This document shows positions 10,960 to 20,636 of a stretch of DNA of 64,000 nucleotides, piece by piece; positions within the stretch are counted from its first letter, which is position 1, and every line of letters starts with the position of its first letter. The notes beneath the pieces are model-generated. The model ran no database searches. It saw nothing but the letters and a program-made list of their open reading frames with translations, and was not told where the DNA came from. The DNA comes from a bacterium. Its GTDB lineage: Bacteria; UBA8248. The stretch lies in assembly GCA_965203325.1 (NCBI GenBank), contig OZ241875.1, positions 1,184,001 to 1,248,000 of the forward strand, in the 5' to 3' direction. A program made the position numbers and the translations under genes.

Positions 10960-11114
10960 TGTTCCATCCCCCCATCCCGAAGCAGGGATTTTCTCTTCCG
11001 CCGTCCAAAAGCGGTCGTGACAACTTACCCCACTTGCCGATGACCTTGACGCATAGGCGGCATCACAAAACCATTTTATCCCATATCCCGGCCATAGGTT
11101 CAAACGTGAATTCT

Positions 11115-11240
11115 GTAGGGACAGGCCCCCGTGCCTGTCCGTGGCCTCCGCGCCGGTTCGACAAAGGACAACCAAGGAGGGTTGTCCCTACGAATCAATA
11201 TCCGTTCGCCACGTAGGGACAGGTCGCGACCTGTCCCTGC
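11115..11240. repeat. REP-like cluster (GTAG...CTAC doublet plus palindrome)
   Basis: GTAGGGACAGGCCCCCGTGCCTGTCC...GGACAACC-N-GGTTGTCCCTAC; the same doublet recurs at 21948-22017. Confidence 0.8.
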
Positions 11241-11280
11241 AAAACCCTCGCGCCTGTGTTTCTCCGTATGGGCAGCCCCC

Positions 11281-13110
11281 CTACACGAACAAAATGCCGT
11301 AGCGATACCTCCGGTCGATCCACCACGCCGTGCAGAGGGAGAACCCCGCCAGGAGCGCGAGCCCGCCCGACTGTGTCCAGGTGCCCACGAGCAGCGCCCC
11401 GACCAGGAACATCAAGGCGAAGACGAATACGCTCAAAGCCAGCCACAGACCCGCGAGCGCTGATATGGGCGCCGAACGCGCGTCCGGCCCTCGCACCCGG
11501 CCCCATGCGCCCGGCGGATGCACCCTCGTCCAGAAATTTCGCAAAACCTCCGCCCGCGCGGGCCTCGTGATGAAGGTGACTATCAGCATCGCCGCGAAGC
11601 CGACGCCCACCTCCGCGGCCAGCAATACGGGAAATGCGGGCGGTACCCCATCCCAGTGGAGATAGAGGGCGGTCGCGCCCGCGGCCAGCATTCCCGAGAT
11701 TTCCGTCCAGGCGTTCGCGCGCCACCACAGCCAGCGCAGGATCACCGGAAGCCCCAGCCCCGCACCGAGCGAGATGTGGAACTTCCACGCTACCTCGATG
11801 CTTTTGATTTGCCCCGCCACGGCGAAGGCGCCGAGCGCCATGATCAACACGCCCAGGCGGCTGACGAAGACGACTTCGCGCGCGCCCGCTCCTTTTCTGA
11901 TGAAGCGCGCATAAACGTCGTTCACCAGATAGCTCATCCCCCAGTTCAGGTGCGTGTCCACCGTGCTCATGAACGCGCCCAAAAGACCCACCAACACGAG
12001 GCCGAGAACCCCCGCCGGCAGAAGTTTCTCCATCAGGAGGGGATAGACCGCCTCGCGGTCAGCGAGAATTTTCGCCTCCATCGTGCCTGGGAGAACGTCC
12101 ATGCCCTTTGGCACGAGGATCAGGCTCACCAGACCGATGAGTATCCACGGCCAGGGCCTCAGGACGTAGTTCCCGACCGTGAAGAGGAAAGCGCCCGCCT
12201 GGGCGTCCCTCGGCGTGCGCGCCGAGCACAGCCTCTGGCCGATGTAGCCCCCGCCGTCGGCGTTGTTGTGCGCCCACCAGACCACGAACAGATAGATGAG
12301 GATCACCTGTGCCCCCGCCCATCCCGCGCCCTCGGGCGGCAGGAAGGAGAGAACAGCCGCCGCGCCCTCCGCGCCGTAAATCTCGCCCAGCTTCGCGCTC
12401 ATGCCCGAGAGCCCGCCCACCGCTTCGACGGCGTACCACGCGAACAGGCAGCTTCCGGCCATCGCGATGACGAACTGGAACAAGTCGGTGAGCATGACGC
12501 CGCGGATCCCGCCCGCGCTCGCATACGCCGCTATCATCAAGACGAGCAGGGCGACCGTTACGCTCTCGTTCACGCTTCCCATCGTGAGGACGGCGGGCCA
12601 GTACGCCTCGACGGCCGTCCACAGGTTTTGGGGCAGAATCTCCTCCCATCTCAAGAAGGGCTCGGCGATCTTCGCCATGGCGCGGAACACCCAGCCCAGG
12701 ACGATCAGGTTCACGATGAGGGAGGAATAGACGGCCTTGAAGCCGCGCAGGAATGCGCCGGGGCCGCTCCCGTAGCGCAGTTCGATGAGTTCGGCGTCGG
12801 TCACCACGCTCGCGCGCCGCCAAAGAGGGGCGAAGAAGACCGCGACGCCCACGTTCCCGATGACCCACGCCCACCAGAACCAGTTTCCCGAAATCCCGCG
12901 CTTGGCGACGATGCCGGCCACGACGAGGGGTGTGTCCGAGGCGAACGTGGTCGCCACCATCGAGGTGCCTATCCACCACCAGGGCAGGCTGCGCCCGGCC
13001 ACGAAGTATGAGGCCAGGCTCTTAGACGCCACTCGCGAGGTGAGAACACCGACGAGCAAGGCGAAAACGATGTAGCCGAGAATGAGCGACCAGTCCAGAG
13101 TCGAGAGCAT
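11281..13110 (-). CDS. Sodium:solute symporter family protein
   Basis: MLSTLDW start; YFVAGRSLPWW, SMVATTFASDTP and AFMSTVDTHLNWG motifs. Confidence 0.93.
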   Translation of the reverse strand: MLSTLDWSLILGYIVFALLVGVLTSRVASKSLASYFVAGRSLPWWWIGTSMVATTFASDTPLVVAGIVAKRGISGNWFWWAWVIGNVGVAVFFAPLWRRASVVTDAELIELRYGSGPGAFLRGFKAVYSSLIVNLIVLGWVFRAMAKIAEPFLRWEEILPQNLWTAVEAYWPAVLTMGSVNESVTVALLVLMIAAYASAGGIRGVMLTDLFQFVIAMAGSCLFAWYAVEAVGGLSGMSAKLGEIYGAEGAAAVLSFLPPEGAGWAGAQVILIYLFVVWWAHNNADGGGYIGQRLCSARTPRDAQAGAFLFTVGNYVLRPWPWILIGLVSLILVPKGMDVLPGTMEAKILADREAVYPLLMEKLLPAGVLGLVLVGLLGAFMSTVDTHLNWGMSYLVNDVYARFIRKGAGAREVVFVSRLGVLIMALGAFAVAGQIKSIEVAWKFHISLGAGLGLPVILRWLWWRANAWTEISGMLAAGATALYLHWDGVPPAFPVLLAAEVGVGFAAMLIVTFITRPARAEVLRNFWTRVHPPGAWGRVRGPDARSAPISALAGLWLALSVFVFALMFLVGALLVGTWTQSGGLALLAGFSLCTAWWIDRRYRYGILFV

Positions 13111-13240
13111 GCGCACGTCTCTACGAATGGGCGGGCTTCGGGCGCATCCTACAGGGAAAGACAAGAAGATGCGATACGGCAGGCCTTGCGTCCCGACGCA
13201 GAAACGTCCCGCAGCGCGTGCGGGGCGCTTCACCCAAAAG

Positions 13241-13389
13241 AAAAACCTCCTCCCGTCTCCGGGAGGAGGCTCTCGCAGGGAGTAGATGCGAGATGTATGA
13301 TTGCGTGGCGGAGGAGCGCCGACCCAATCAGCGCTCCTCGCGCCGGCCGGTCGGGGCGTGCCGCCTAAGAACGCCCCGACCGGCATTTC
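13241..13389 (-). ncRNA. Putative structured RNA, copy 1 (sRNA or attenuating leader)
   Basis: Four hairpins ending in CCTCCTCCCG-GAGA-CGGGAGGAGG-TTTTT; paralogue at 18661-18810. Confidence 0.7.
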
Positions 13390-13399
13390 CTGTATCCAA

Positions 13400-13415
13400 G
13401 GCAAGCGCCGCGCCG
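13400..13415 (-). promoter_or_regulatory. Sigma-54-like -24/-12 promoter
   Basis: Minus strand CGGCGCGGCGCTTGCC (GG-N10-GC), at nearly the same distance from the RNA as in copy 2. Confidence 0.55.
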
Positions 13416-13492
13416 TGTTGCTCAAAAGATGCGCGCGCCTGCTTCTCGGCCCGCCGGGCACCGCCCGCCCAACCGGGTCGGCGGGCGCCGGT

Positions 13493-14626
13493 TTAGCGGG
13501 CGACGAAGTTCCGGTGCACCCAGCGGTCGTTCCCGCGCCGGACTTCCATGTAGAACGACTCGCTCGCCTTGCGCGTCTCCAGGTTCAAGCCGCCCGGCAT
13601 CGCTCTCAAAGCGGGCTTCGCGGCGCGCGCGGAATCGATGAACGCGGCGACCTCGGCGAGTGTGGGCCGTATGCGTCTGTGCGCGCCTTTTTCGGCAATG
13701 GCCTCCGTCGCCGCCGCCTTGAGCTGCCGCTGCCACAGCTTGCGGAACAGGCCGGTGCTCTCGAATTCATCGCCGCTGTTGATCCGGCCGTTCACCGCGA
13801 AGACATAGCCCACGGCATCCGGATGCTTTGCCGACAGTCCACCCAGGGCTTTTTCATAGTCCGCCACGGCGGACGCGAGGCGCTTGTTCTCCAATGACAA
13901 CTGGAGGCTCGAACGCGAGCGTTCGTCGGCGACGCGCGCACGCACGGCCCGGCCCAACCCCTGCTGTGTCATCGCGACCGAGCGCCACACTTCGCCCTGA
14001 AGAGATGCGCCTCTTCGCCGCCGTATCCTCCCCAACCTTCCGCTCCAAACGGCTTCGGGAGCGGTCTCGCGCCCCATGCTTTTCATCATCGCAATCTTGC
14101 CGGCTCTCGAAGGCATGCGGTATGCGGAGGTCGAAAACGCCATCACATTCTCCAGGCCGCGCCTGGCCCACCTGCCCTGCTCCACGCAAAACGCGCCGAT
14201 GGGGATGTAGCCCGACTTCGGGGGGACGAGCAGGCTGGTGAGCAGGACACGGTCCTGCTTGCCTCCCTTGACGATGTCCCCCGACTGGATGAAGACCTCG
14301 CGATCGCCCAGGTTGCGGACCTTGAGGCGGCCGACGCTGCCGGTTTCGACGACCTTGACGAGGCCCCGCCTCATCGCCTCGCCCAGGGTGATCGGCGCGG
14401 GGCCTTCGCTTCGGCCTTCGCGGTGAATCAGATAGATGGAGAGATTGTTCTGCGTGTAGGGGCCGCTCAGGCGGTAGTCCTTCCCCGCTGTAGCATTGGC
14501 AGTCGCCGGCGGTAGCCCGATTGCGACCGCGCAGGCGAGGAGAACGGCGACGCCACACGCCCGGAACATTCTCGATGCAACCCGCGCCCTGCGGGCCGGA
14601 CGCCCTTCTAAAGATCTGATGTGCAT
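13493..14626 (-). CDS. Exported ARPP-1/DUF6569-like protein
   Basis: Signal-like segment; GDIVKGGKQDRVL and FCVEQGRW motifs; family assigned from recall. Confidence 0.65.
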   Translation of the reverse strand: MHIRSLEGRPARRARVASRMFRACGVAVLLACAVAIGLPPATANATAGKDYRLSGPYTQNNLSIYLIHREGRSEGPAPITLGEAMRRGLVKVVETGSVGRLKVRNLGDREVFIQSGDIVKGGKQDRVLLTSLLVPPKSGYIPIGAFCVEQGRWARRGLENVMAFSTSAYRMPSRAGKIAMMKSMGRETAPEAVWSGRLGRIRRRRGASLQGEVWRSVAMTQQGLGRAVRARVADERSRSSLQLSLENKRLASAVADYEKALGGLSAKHPDAVGYVFAVNGRINSGDEFESTGLFRKLWQRQLKAAATEAIAEKGAHRRIRPTLAEVAAFIDSARAAKPALRAMPGGLNLETRKASESFYMEVRRGNDRWVHRNFVAR

Positions 14627-14952
14627 GATTTTCCCTCCCCGATCGCTCAATCCCGGCAGCGCAATCTCTTCCATATCGCTCAACAAGCGGCGTTGCCGTA
14701 CATTCTCGTACGGCAGCCGCTTCTCGTATTTCTTTATTTCAGCCTATCTAGGAGTTATGACGGGGCCGGGTTCCACCTGTGGAAATTACGGGTTGCGACG
14801 GAATGACGAGCATAGGCAAAAGGGAACGGGGGTTTTGTTTTGTAGGGACAGGTCGCGACCTGTCCCTACGGTGGAATCCCGACCGAGAGGAGAATTGTCG
14901 AAAAAGCCCCCTTGTCAGGGGGTAGAGGAAACACCCCTCTCGACTGGAAAAG

Positions 14953-15101
14953 CAACCCCCCCCCTACCCCCCCCTTGTCAGGGGTCAAACGCGAGTGATG
15001 AACGAGCGTTTGCATAAGCCATTGACGAGAAACACATCGTCTTGCAAAACCTCCCTCTTCGGTCGGTTTTGACCCCTGACAAGGGGGGGTAGGGGGGGTT
15101 G
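14953..15101. mobile_element. MITE-like element with ~35-bp terminal inverted repeats
   Basis: TIR CAACCCCCCCTACCCCCCTTGTCAGGGGTCAAA; near-identical inverted copy at 23027-23172; related TIRs with a different core at 21744-21855. Confidence 0.8.
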
Positions 15102-15245
15102 TCTTTATGGGATTTCCCTCTCAGGGGGTTTTTCAACAACCCCATGAGGGGAAGTATTTTTCTATCGCAACCGTCGACGCAAAAACGCCCCGCAGCGCGT
15201 GCGGGGCGTTTCAGATGGAAGGATATTGTGCTCGGTGCCAGTCGT

Positions 15246-17492
15246 CTAGCCCTGGCTTCCGTTCGTCTTGAGGCGTCCCAGCACCTCCAGGACGTGGTCC
15301 GGCGTGATGGGGATGCGCGTGAGGCGCGCGCCTATCGCCTGTCCCGCCGCGCAGGCCACCGCCGCGGCCGCCGCCGTGCAGGGGGGTTCGCCGATGCCCT
15401 TGGCCCCGTAGGGCCCCAGGCCCTCGCCGGATTCCAGGATGACGTTGTCCCATTCGGGCGTGTCCACCGAGGTGGGGATGAGGTAGCCGTGGAACTCGTT
15501 GTTCAGGAGCGCGCCCTTTTGCGTGAGGACCTCTTCGGTCAGGGCGTGGCCGACGCCCATCATCGCGCCGCCCTCGAACTGGCCTTCCACGTGCTGCACG
15601 TTGATGGACTGGCCCACGTCGTGGCCCGACCAGTAGTTGAGCACGCGGAGTTCGCCCGTATCGACGTTCACCTCGACTTCCGCCGCGTGGATGCCGAACA
15701 CGTAATCCATCCAGCCGCCCGCGTCGCCGTACTGCTCGTTACCCTCGTATTCGTGGACGCCGAGCTTCGTCTTGCCCACGGCGTGGAGGTCGATACCCAT
15801 CTTCCTTGACTGCGTCACGGCTTCGGCGAAGGAGACATCGCGCTCTTCGGCCGCTTTCACGTACACCCGGCCCTCGCGGATATCCAGGTCCTCAGGGTTC
15901 GCTTCGAGAAGTTCGGCGGCGCCCTTCAGAATTCTGTTCTTGAGTTCCGCCGACGCCCGGTAACACGCGCCGCCCGAGATCATCGTCTGGCGCGATCCTG
16001 CAGTGACCCCTACCAGCGGGGTGACGTGGGAGTCCGACATCGTCACCGTCACGTCCTCGAGCGCTATTCCTAAGGCTTCCGCCGCAATCTGGCGGTTCGT
16101 CTGTGTCTGGCCCGCGCCGACGTCCGAAGCGCCGGTGCGCACGCTCACGCTGCCGTCCTCATCAATGCCCACATAGACTTCGCCCTCGTTCCTCGGCCTT
16201 CCGTATCCGCCGACGTTCCCGATGATCCCGACGCCGACGCGCCAGGGGCCGTGGTCTTTTTCGGGGACGCGGCCCGCCGAGCGGCCGATGAGCTTTTTCG
16301 TTTCCTCCGCCAGTTCGGGCAGCATCACGCGCGTGGGCACGGGCTGATTCTGGATGAGGGTCTGGCCCTTCGCGATGAAGTTTCTCTCGCGGAACTCGAG
16401 CGGGTCCATCCCCAGCCGCTCCGCGAGTTCATCCATCTGCGCTTCGTAGGCGAAACACACCTGGTTCGCGCCCACGCCGCGCATCGCCTCGGTGAAGGGG
16501 TTGTTCGTCCGGACGGCGCGCGAGCGGCCCCGCGCGTTGGGTATCTCATAGGGTCCCGCGCTCACCACGAGCGCGCCCAGCAACAAACCCTTGCTGTTGG
16601 CCGTGTAGCCACCCGCATCGCCGATGATGTCGACTTCTATGGCGGTGAGTTTCCCGTCCTTCGTCGCGCCCGTCCTGTACTTCATGACGAAGGGATGCTT
16701 CTTGCTGCCAGTGTTCATGGTCTCCTCGCGCGAGTAGGCCATGCGCACGGGCCGCCCCGTCCGGATCGACAGGAGCGCCATGAAGGCGCCGAGCAGCGGG
16801 TGCTCCTTGCCCCCGAACGCTCCGCCCAGCATCGGGCAGTCATACCGCACGCGGCTGAGGGGGAGGCCCAGCGTCCGCGCCACGTTCTGGTAGTTCTCTA
16901 TCATCTGCGTGGGCACGCGGATGTTCACCACCCCCCGCTCGTCCACCCAGGCGACGCCGCCTTCGGGCTCGATGAAGGCGTGATCCAGACAGGCGGAGAA
17001 ATAGGTCTTCTCGACGATAACGTCCGCCCCGGCGAAGCCCGCCTCCACGTCGCCCTTGTCCGCCTTCCAGTCGCAGACCACCTCGCCCTCTTCGAGTGTG
17101 GCGAAGTCGTAAGCGCCCGGCAGCGGCTCGTAGACGACGCGCACGAGCGAGGCCGCCTCTTCAGCCAGGTCCCGCGTGTCGGCGGCCACGAGGGCGACCG
17201 CGTCGCCGATGTCGACCACGAGGTCTTCGGCCAGCACCGGGTAATCGGGATAGCGGCCCGCGTTCAGGCCGGGAATGTCCTTCGCCGTCAGGACGCAGTG
17301 CACGCCGGGCAGAGCGAGCGCTTCCGTCGCATCAATCTCCACGATCTTCGCCGGCGTCATCGTGGCGCGGACGGCTTTCCCGTAAATCTCGCCCGGCATG
17401 TGGAAGTCATCGCCGTAGACCGTGTCGCCGACCGCCTTCGCCAGGGCGTCTTCTTTCGTCGGCGACGCGCCGACATGCGTCATCTGAGCCAT
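15246..17492 (-). CDS. Xanthine dehydrogenase-family molybdopterin-binding subunit
   Basis: GGAFGGK, AMRGVG, GAGQ, TAGSR, GQFEGG and GAKGIGEP motifs. Confidence 0.93.
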   Translation of the reverse strand: MAQMTHVGASPTKEDALAKAVGDTVYGDDFHMPGEIYGKAVRATMTPAKIVEIDATEALALPGVHCVLTAKDIPGLNAGRYPDYPVLAEDLVVDIGDAVALVAADTRDLAEEAASLVRVVYEPLPGAYDFATLEEGEVVCDWKADKGDVEAGFAGADVIVEKTYFSACLDHAFIEPEGGVAWVDERGVVNIRVPTQMIENYQNVARTLGLPLSRVRYDCPMLGGAFGGKEHPLLGAFMALLSIRTGRPVRMAYSREETMNTGSKKHPFVMKYRTGATKDGKLTAIEVDIIGDAGGYTANSKGLLLGALVVSAGPYEIPNARGRSRAVRTNNPFTEAMRGVGANQVCFAYEAQMDELAERLGMDPLEFRERNFIAKGQTLIQNQPVPTRVMLPELAEETKKLIGRSAGRVPEKDHGPWRVGVGIIGNVGGYGRPRNEGEVYVGIDEDGSVSVRTGASDVGAGQTQTNRQIAAEALGIALEDVTVTMSDSHVTPLVGVTAGSRQTMISGGACYRASAELKNRILKGAAELLEANPEDLDIREGRVYVKAAEERDVSFAEAVTQSRKMGIDLHAVGKTKLGVHEYEGNEQYGDAGGWMDYVFGIHAAEVEVNVDTGELRVLNYWSGHDVGQSINVQHVEGQFEGGAMMGVGHALTEEVLTQKGALLNNEFHGYLIPTSVDTPEWDNVILESGEGLGPYGAKGIGEPPCTAAAAAVACAAGQAIGARLTRIPITPDHVLEVLGRLKTNGSQG

Positions 17493-17518
17493 CGTATCCT
17501 CCTGAATATCCCCAAAAG

Positions 17519-18517
17519 CTATCCGCGCAGGGCCGCCACGTCCACCACCTGACCCGTCGTTGCGCTCTGGACGACCGCCTCGAGTACGGCGACCACTTCA
17601 ATGCCCTCGGGCCCGCCGGTCTCGGGCGTCGCCTCGCCCCGGATGCACTTGCAGAACTCGTCCATCTCATCCGCCAGGGCGTCTCCGCCCACGACCTCGA
17701 CTTCCGTTCGGGCTTCCTCGCCCACCTTGGCCACGTAGAGCTTTCCGCCTTCCTCTTCGCTGTAGGCCCTCATCTTCGTGCCGAAGGCCGCCGTGTCGCA
17801 TATCTTGGGAACCACGAAGGAAGAACCGATGTGGCCGAGCGGGCCGCTCTCGTATTCGATGATGATGCTCGTCGCATCATCCAAATTCGTCTTGCCGAGC
17901 AGCTTCTTGCTGAAGGCGGCCACCCGCTTCGCGGGTCCGGCCAGGTATTGCAGGTTGTCGATCATGTGGACGCCCAGGCCCGTCATGGAACCGGCGGGAC
18001 ATTCGGCGGGGTCGTTGCGCCAGCCCGGCCTGGATTCGAAGCCCATGGGAAGCGAGAGGTTCGCCTCCACCTGATGCACCACACCCAGTTCGTCATTATC
18101 TATCATCTCGCGCATCTTGCGGTTCGCGCCGAAGCGGCGGCGGTGATGGCCGACTTGCAAGGTGACGTTCGCGCTTGAGGTCGCTTCGTGCGCCTTTTTG
18201 GCCTCATCGACGGTGAGCGTGAGCGGCTTTTCGACGAAGACGTGCTTTCCGGCCGATGCGGCCGAAGAAATCATGTCCAGGTGCGTGGAGTGGGGCGTCG
18301 CGACGATGACGCCCTCCACCTCGGGGTCGTTCAATAATTCGTCGAGGCTGCCCGCCGTCCGGCAACCGTGTTTCTCGGAAAACGCCTTGCGGGCGTCCTC
18401 GCTGCGCGCAAAACCCGTGACCACCTCGCCCGAACCGCTCCGGTTGAGCGCCTCCACCAGAACGCCGCCCCACCAGCCCAGCCCGATAGAGGCGAGGCGC
18501 ACCTTGTCCGTAGCCAT
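17519..18517 (-). CDS. Gfo/Idh/MocA oxidoreductase
   Basis: IGLGWWG, VATPHSTH, GKHVFVEKP, GVHMID. Confidence 0.93.
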   Translation of the reverse strand: MATDKVRLASIGLGWWGGVLVEALNRSGSGEVVTGFARSEDARKAFSEKHGCRTAGSLDELLNDPEVEGVIVATPHSTHLDMISSAASAGKHVFVEKPLTLTVDEAKKAHEATSSANVTLQVGHHRRRFGANRKMREMIDNDELGVVHQVEANLSLPMGFESRPGWRNDPAECPAGSMTGLGVHMIDNLQYLAGPAKRVAAFSKKLLGKTNLDDATSIIIEYESGPLGHIGSSFVVPKICDTAAFGTKMRAYSEEEGGKLYVAKVGEEARTEVEVVGGDALADEMDEFCKCIRGEATPETGGPEGIEVVAVLEAVVQSATTGQVVDVAALRG

Positions 18518-18660
18518 TTTTCGACTCCTTAATCACTGAATGGATGAATTTTCAACATCGAATATACGCCGAGTGATTTCACTTGGGCCGCACCATAACC
18601 CAACATCGCCCGCTTGAAAACCGCGCCGGAAGAAATTGGTCCGAATAAAAGCCCGCCAAT

Positions 18661-18810
18661 AAAAAACCTCCTCCCGTCTCCGGGAGGAGGCTCTCGCAGG
18701 GGGTAGATGCGAGATGTATGATTGCGTGGCGGAGGAGCGCCGACCCAATCAGCTACTCCTCTCGCCGGCTAACCGGGGCGTGCCGCCTATGAACGCCCCA
18801 ATCAGCTTGC
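18661..18810 (-). ncRNA. Putative structured RNA, copy 2
   Basis: Same four-hairpin layout and terminator as 13241-13389, with pairing-preserving changes in stem 1. Confidence 0.7.
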
Positions 18811-18820
18811 TCTTATAATA

Positions 18821-18836
18821 TGCAATAGCTGTGCCA
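18821..18836 (-). promoter_or_regulatory. Sigma-54 promoter
   Basis: Minus strand TGGCACAGCTATTGCA matches TGGCAC-N5-TTGCA; AT-rich tract upstream. Confidence 0.8.
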
Positions 18837-18982
18837 TTTGCATGGAATTAGAATATGCCTTATTTTTCAATCAGATAATAATATATACGTTCGGTCAAAT
18901 TGTCATTTTGTCACGATATGTCCGGCGAAAACGACAAATCGTCATGGCGGAGAATCATATTTCAGGTGGAAATTTCCTGTTT

Positions 18983-19615
18983 TTACCTCGAAGTGGGCGA
19001 TTTTTCGGGAAAGACGTCGAACGCCTCGGACACGGCGGCCTTCATCTCATCCCCCTGGGAGAGGGCCGTCGTCGCGCGGGCCCCCGATACCCACAACGCC
19101 TCCAGGGAGCCCAGGTCGATCAGGCGTATTTCCACACTGGCGACGCACACTTCGACGTCTTCGCAGGTGCGCTCTCCTCCGGCGATCACCACCGCCTGCG
19201 CGCCCGAACGCTTAAGCGCCCCCAGATGGACTTCGGCGATTCCACCCGCAGCGTCCAGCAGATCCTCCGCCTTCGTTTTTGCCAGCTTCTCCGGCCAGCG
19301 AAGCGCCAGATAGCCCTTGGCGGCAAGGGCGTCGCGTAGCAAGAAGGCGCCCTCCACCATCTCGATTTTTTTCACATCGGGCGCCTTGAGCCCCGCCTGC
19401 GCGTAGACGTCGCGGAAGAGGCCCGTCCAGTCGCTCGGGTAGCGAAACGGAGCGACGACGACCCGCTCGAGCGCCCGTATCCGCCCCGGCCTGACGACGC
19501 CTTGCATCGTCGACACCTCATAGGCGCAGGCCGGAATCATCAGGAGCATAAAAACGATCAGAGAGGATCGAACCCGCGATGCGAAGGCGTTTTGTTTCAC
19601 GATCCGAGGCTCCAT
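18983..19615 (-). CDS. Hypothetical lipoprotein
   Basis: Hydrophobic segment ending IPAC; host-like codon use; start uncertain. Confidence 0.55.
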   Translation of the reverse strand: MEPRIVKQNAFASRVRSSLIVFMLLMIPACAYEVSTMQGVVRPGRIRALERVVVAPFRYPSDWTGLFRDVYAQAGLKAPDVKKIEMVEGAFLLRDALAAKGYLALRWPEKLAKTKAEDLLDAAGGIAEVHLGALKRSGAQAVVIAGGERTCEDVEVCVASVEIRLIDLGSLEALWVSGARATTALSQGDEMKAAVSEAFDVFPEKSPTSR

Positions 19616-20310
19616 GCGATTCGCTCCACCAGGCCGAACAGCGTCACATACGCGCCCCAACTCTCATACCAAATCGACGCGCCGTAGGAAGCCGCCACTC
19701 CCCATCCTCCCACCGAGACGAGCGCGGCGCCGCCGATGAATACGAGGCCGAAGAAAAAGATGAAGGCCCAGGAGAAAATCCGCCCGCCCCGCGCGATGTC
19801 GGGCTGCGACGCGCCCAGCGCGCGGAGCGTCATGAGCACGTGCAGGCATAGCGTGAGGCCGGCGAGGAACGCCGCCGCCCAGCGAATCTCCTCGTATCCG
19901 AAAGTCCAGTCGAGCAACGCGCCCAGAATCAACACCACTATCGTCGGCAGCGGGAAGAAATAAGGCGCGAGCGTGATGATTGGGTTCGTGCCGCTCAAGC
20001 CCACCTTCCCGCTTCCCTGATTCACCTCGAACGAACGCACCTTCTTCCCCGTGAGCAGGGCGAAGGCCATGTGCGTGAACTCGTGCACGAAGGCGTAGAG
20101 GAACTCCGGCGGACGCAAGCGATGCCAGACGGCGTATGCGCAGGCGCCCGCGATGAAGGCCCAGCCCTCGGGCGCAGGCATATATGAACCGCCGTCTGCG
20201 AGAAAAGCGGCCGGGAGATTCTTGCCGAACGCGAGCGCCGCGCCCCAGCAGGCGGGCAGGAGGAGGACAGCGACCATCCAGGCCAGGGGTCTCAAGAGAA
20301 ACGATTTCAT
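19597..20310 (-). CDS. Membrane metallopeptidase (M50-like)
   Basis: HEFTH (HExxH), LAPYFFP, multiple TM helices. Confidence 0.7.
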   Translation of the reverse strand: MKSFLLRPLAWMVAVLLLPACWGAALAFGKNLPAAFLADGGSYMPAPEGWAFIAGACAYAVWHRLRPPEFLYAFVHEFTHMAFALLTGKKVRSFEVNQGSGKVGLSGTNPIITLAPYFFPLPTIVVLILGALLDWTFGYEEIRWAAAFLAGLTLCLHVLMTLRALGASQPDIARGGRIFSWAFIFFFGLVFIGGAALVSVGGWGVAASYGASIWYESWGAYVTLFGLVERIAWSLGS

Positions 20311-20419
20311 GAACTCACCCGTCTCGGTCCTCGGGCGGCGAGGCGAACACCACGCAAGCATGGCCCATATCCCGCTCCCCGACAAGACGGACGGTCACAA
20401 ATCCTGTCCCGGCGGCAAG

Positions 20420-20463
20420 TTGACCGGAAGACCGGAGCGCTATATAGTTAACCATATGGTTAA
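20420..20463 (+). promoter_or_regulatory. Sigma-70 promoter with overlapping palindromic operator
   Basis: TTGACC (20420)-17 bp-TATAGT (20443); perfect palindrome TTAACCATATGGTTAA at 20448-20463. Confidence 0.75.
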
Positions 20464-20636
20464 TCATTAAATGGTTTCAGGACTACCCAAAAACAGGAGC
20501 TTCCCATGAGCGGCGCAAGAATCATTTCCGGCATACCGGGCCGAACCATCGAAGCGGGAGACGGCCCGGAGAGGAGGTCCCCCTGCGCGGATTCAACAGC
20601 GGACATGGCATCCCCCTTACATCCTGGCATGGGAGC

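Noticed and set aside
15246..17492. Solitary Xdh large subunit as a novel system
   Set aside because: Orphan large subunits sharing FAD and FeS subunits encoded elsewhere are common
18735..18765. GAGGAGUAGC as a yybP-ykoY manganese riboswitch
   Set aside because: The paralogous copy reads GAGGAGCGC in a plain stem, and the other conserved yybP elements are not evident
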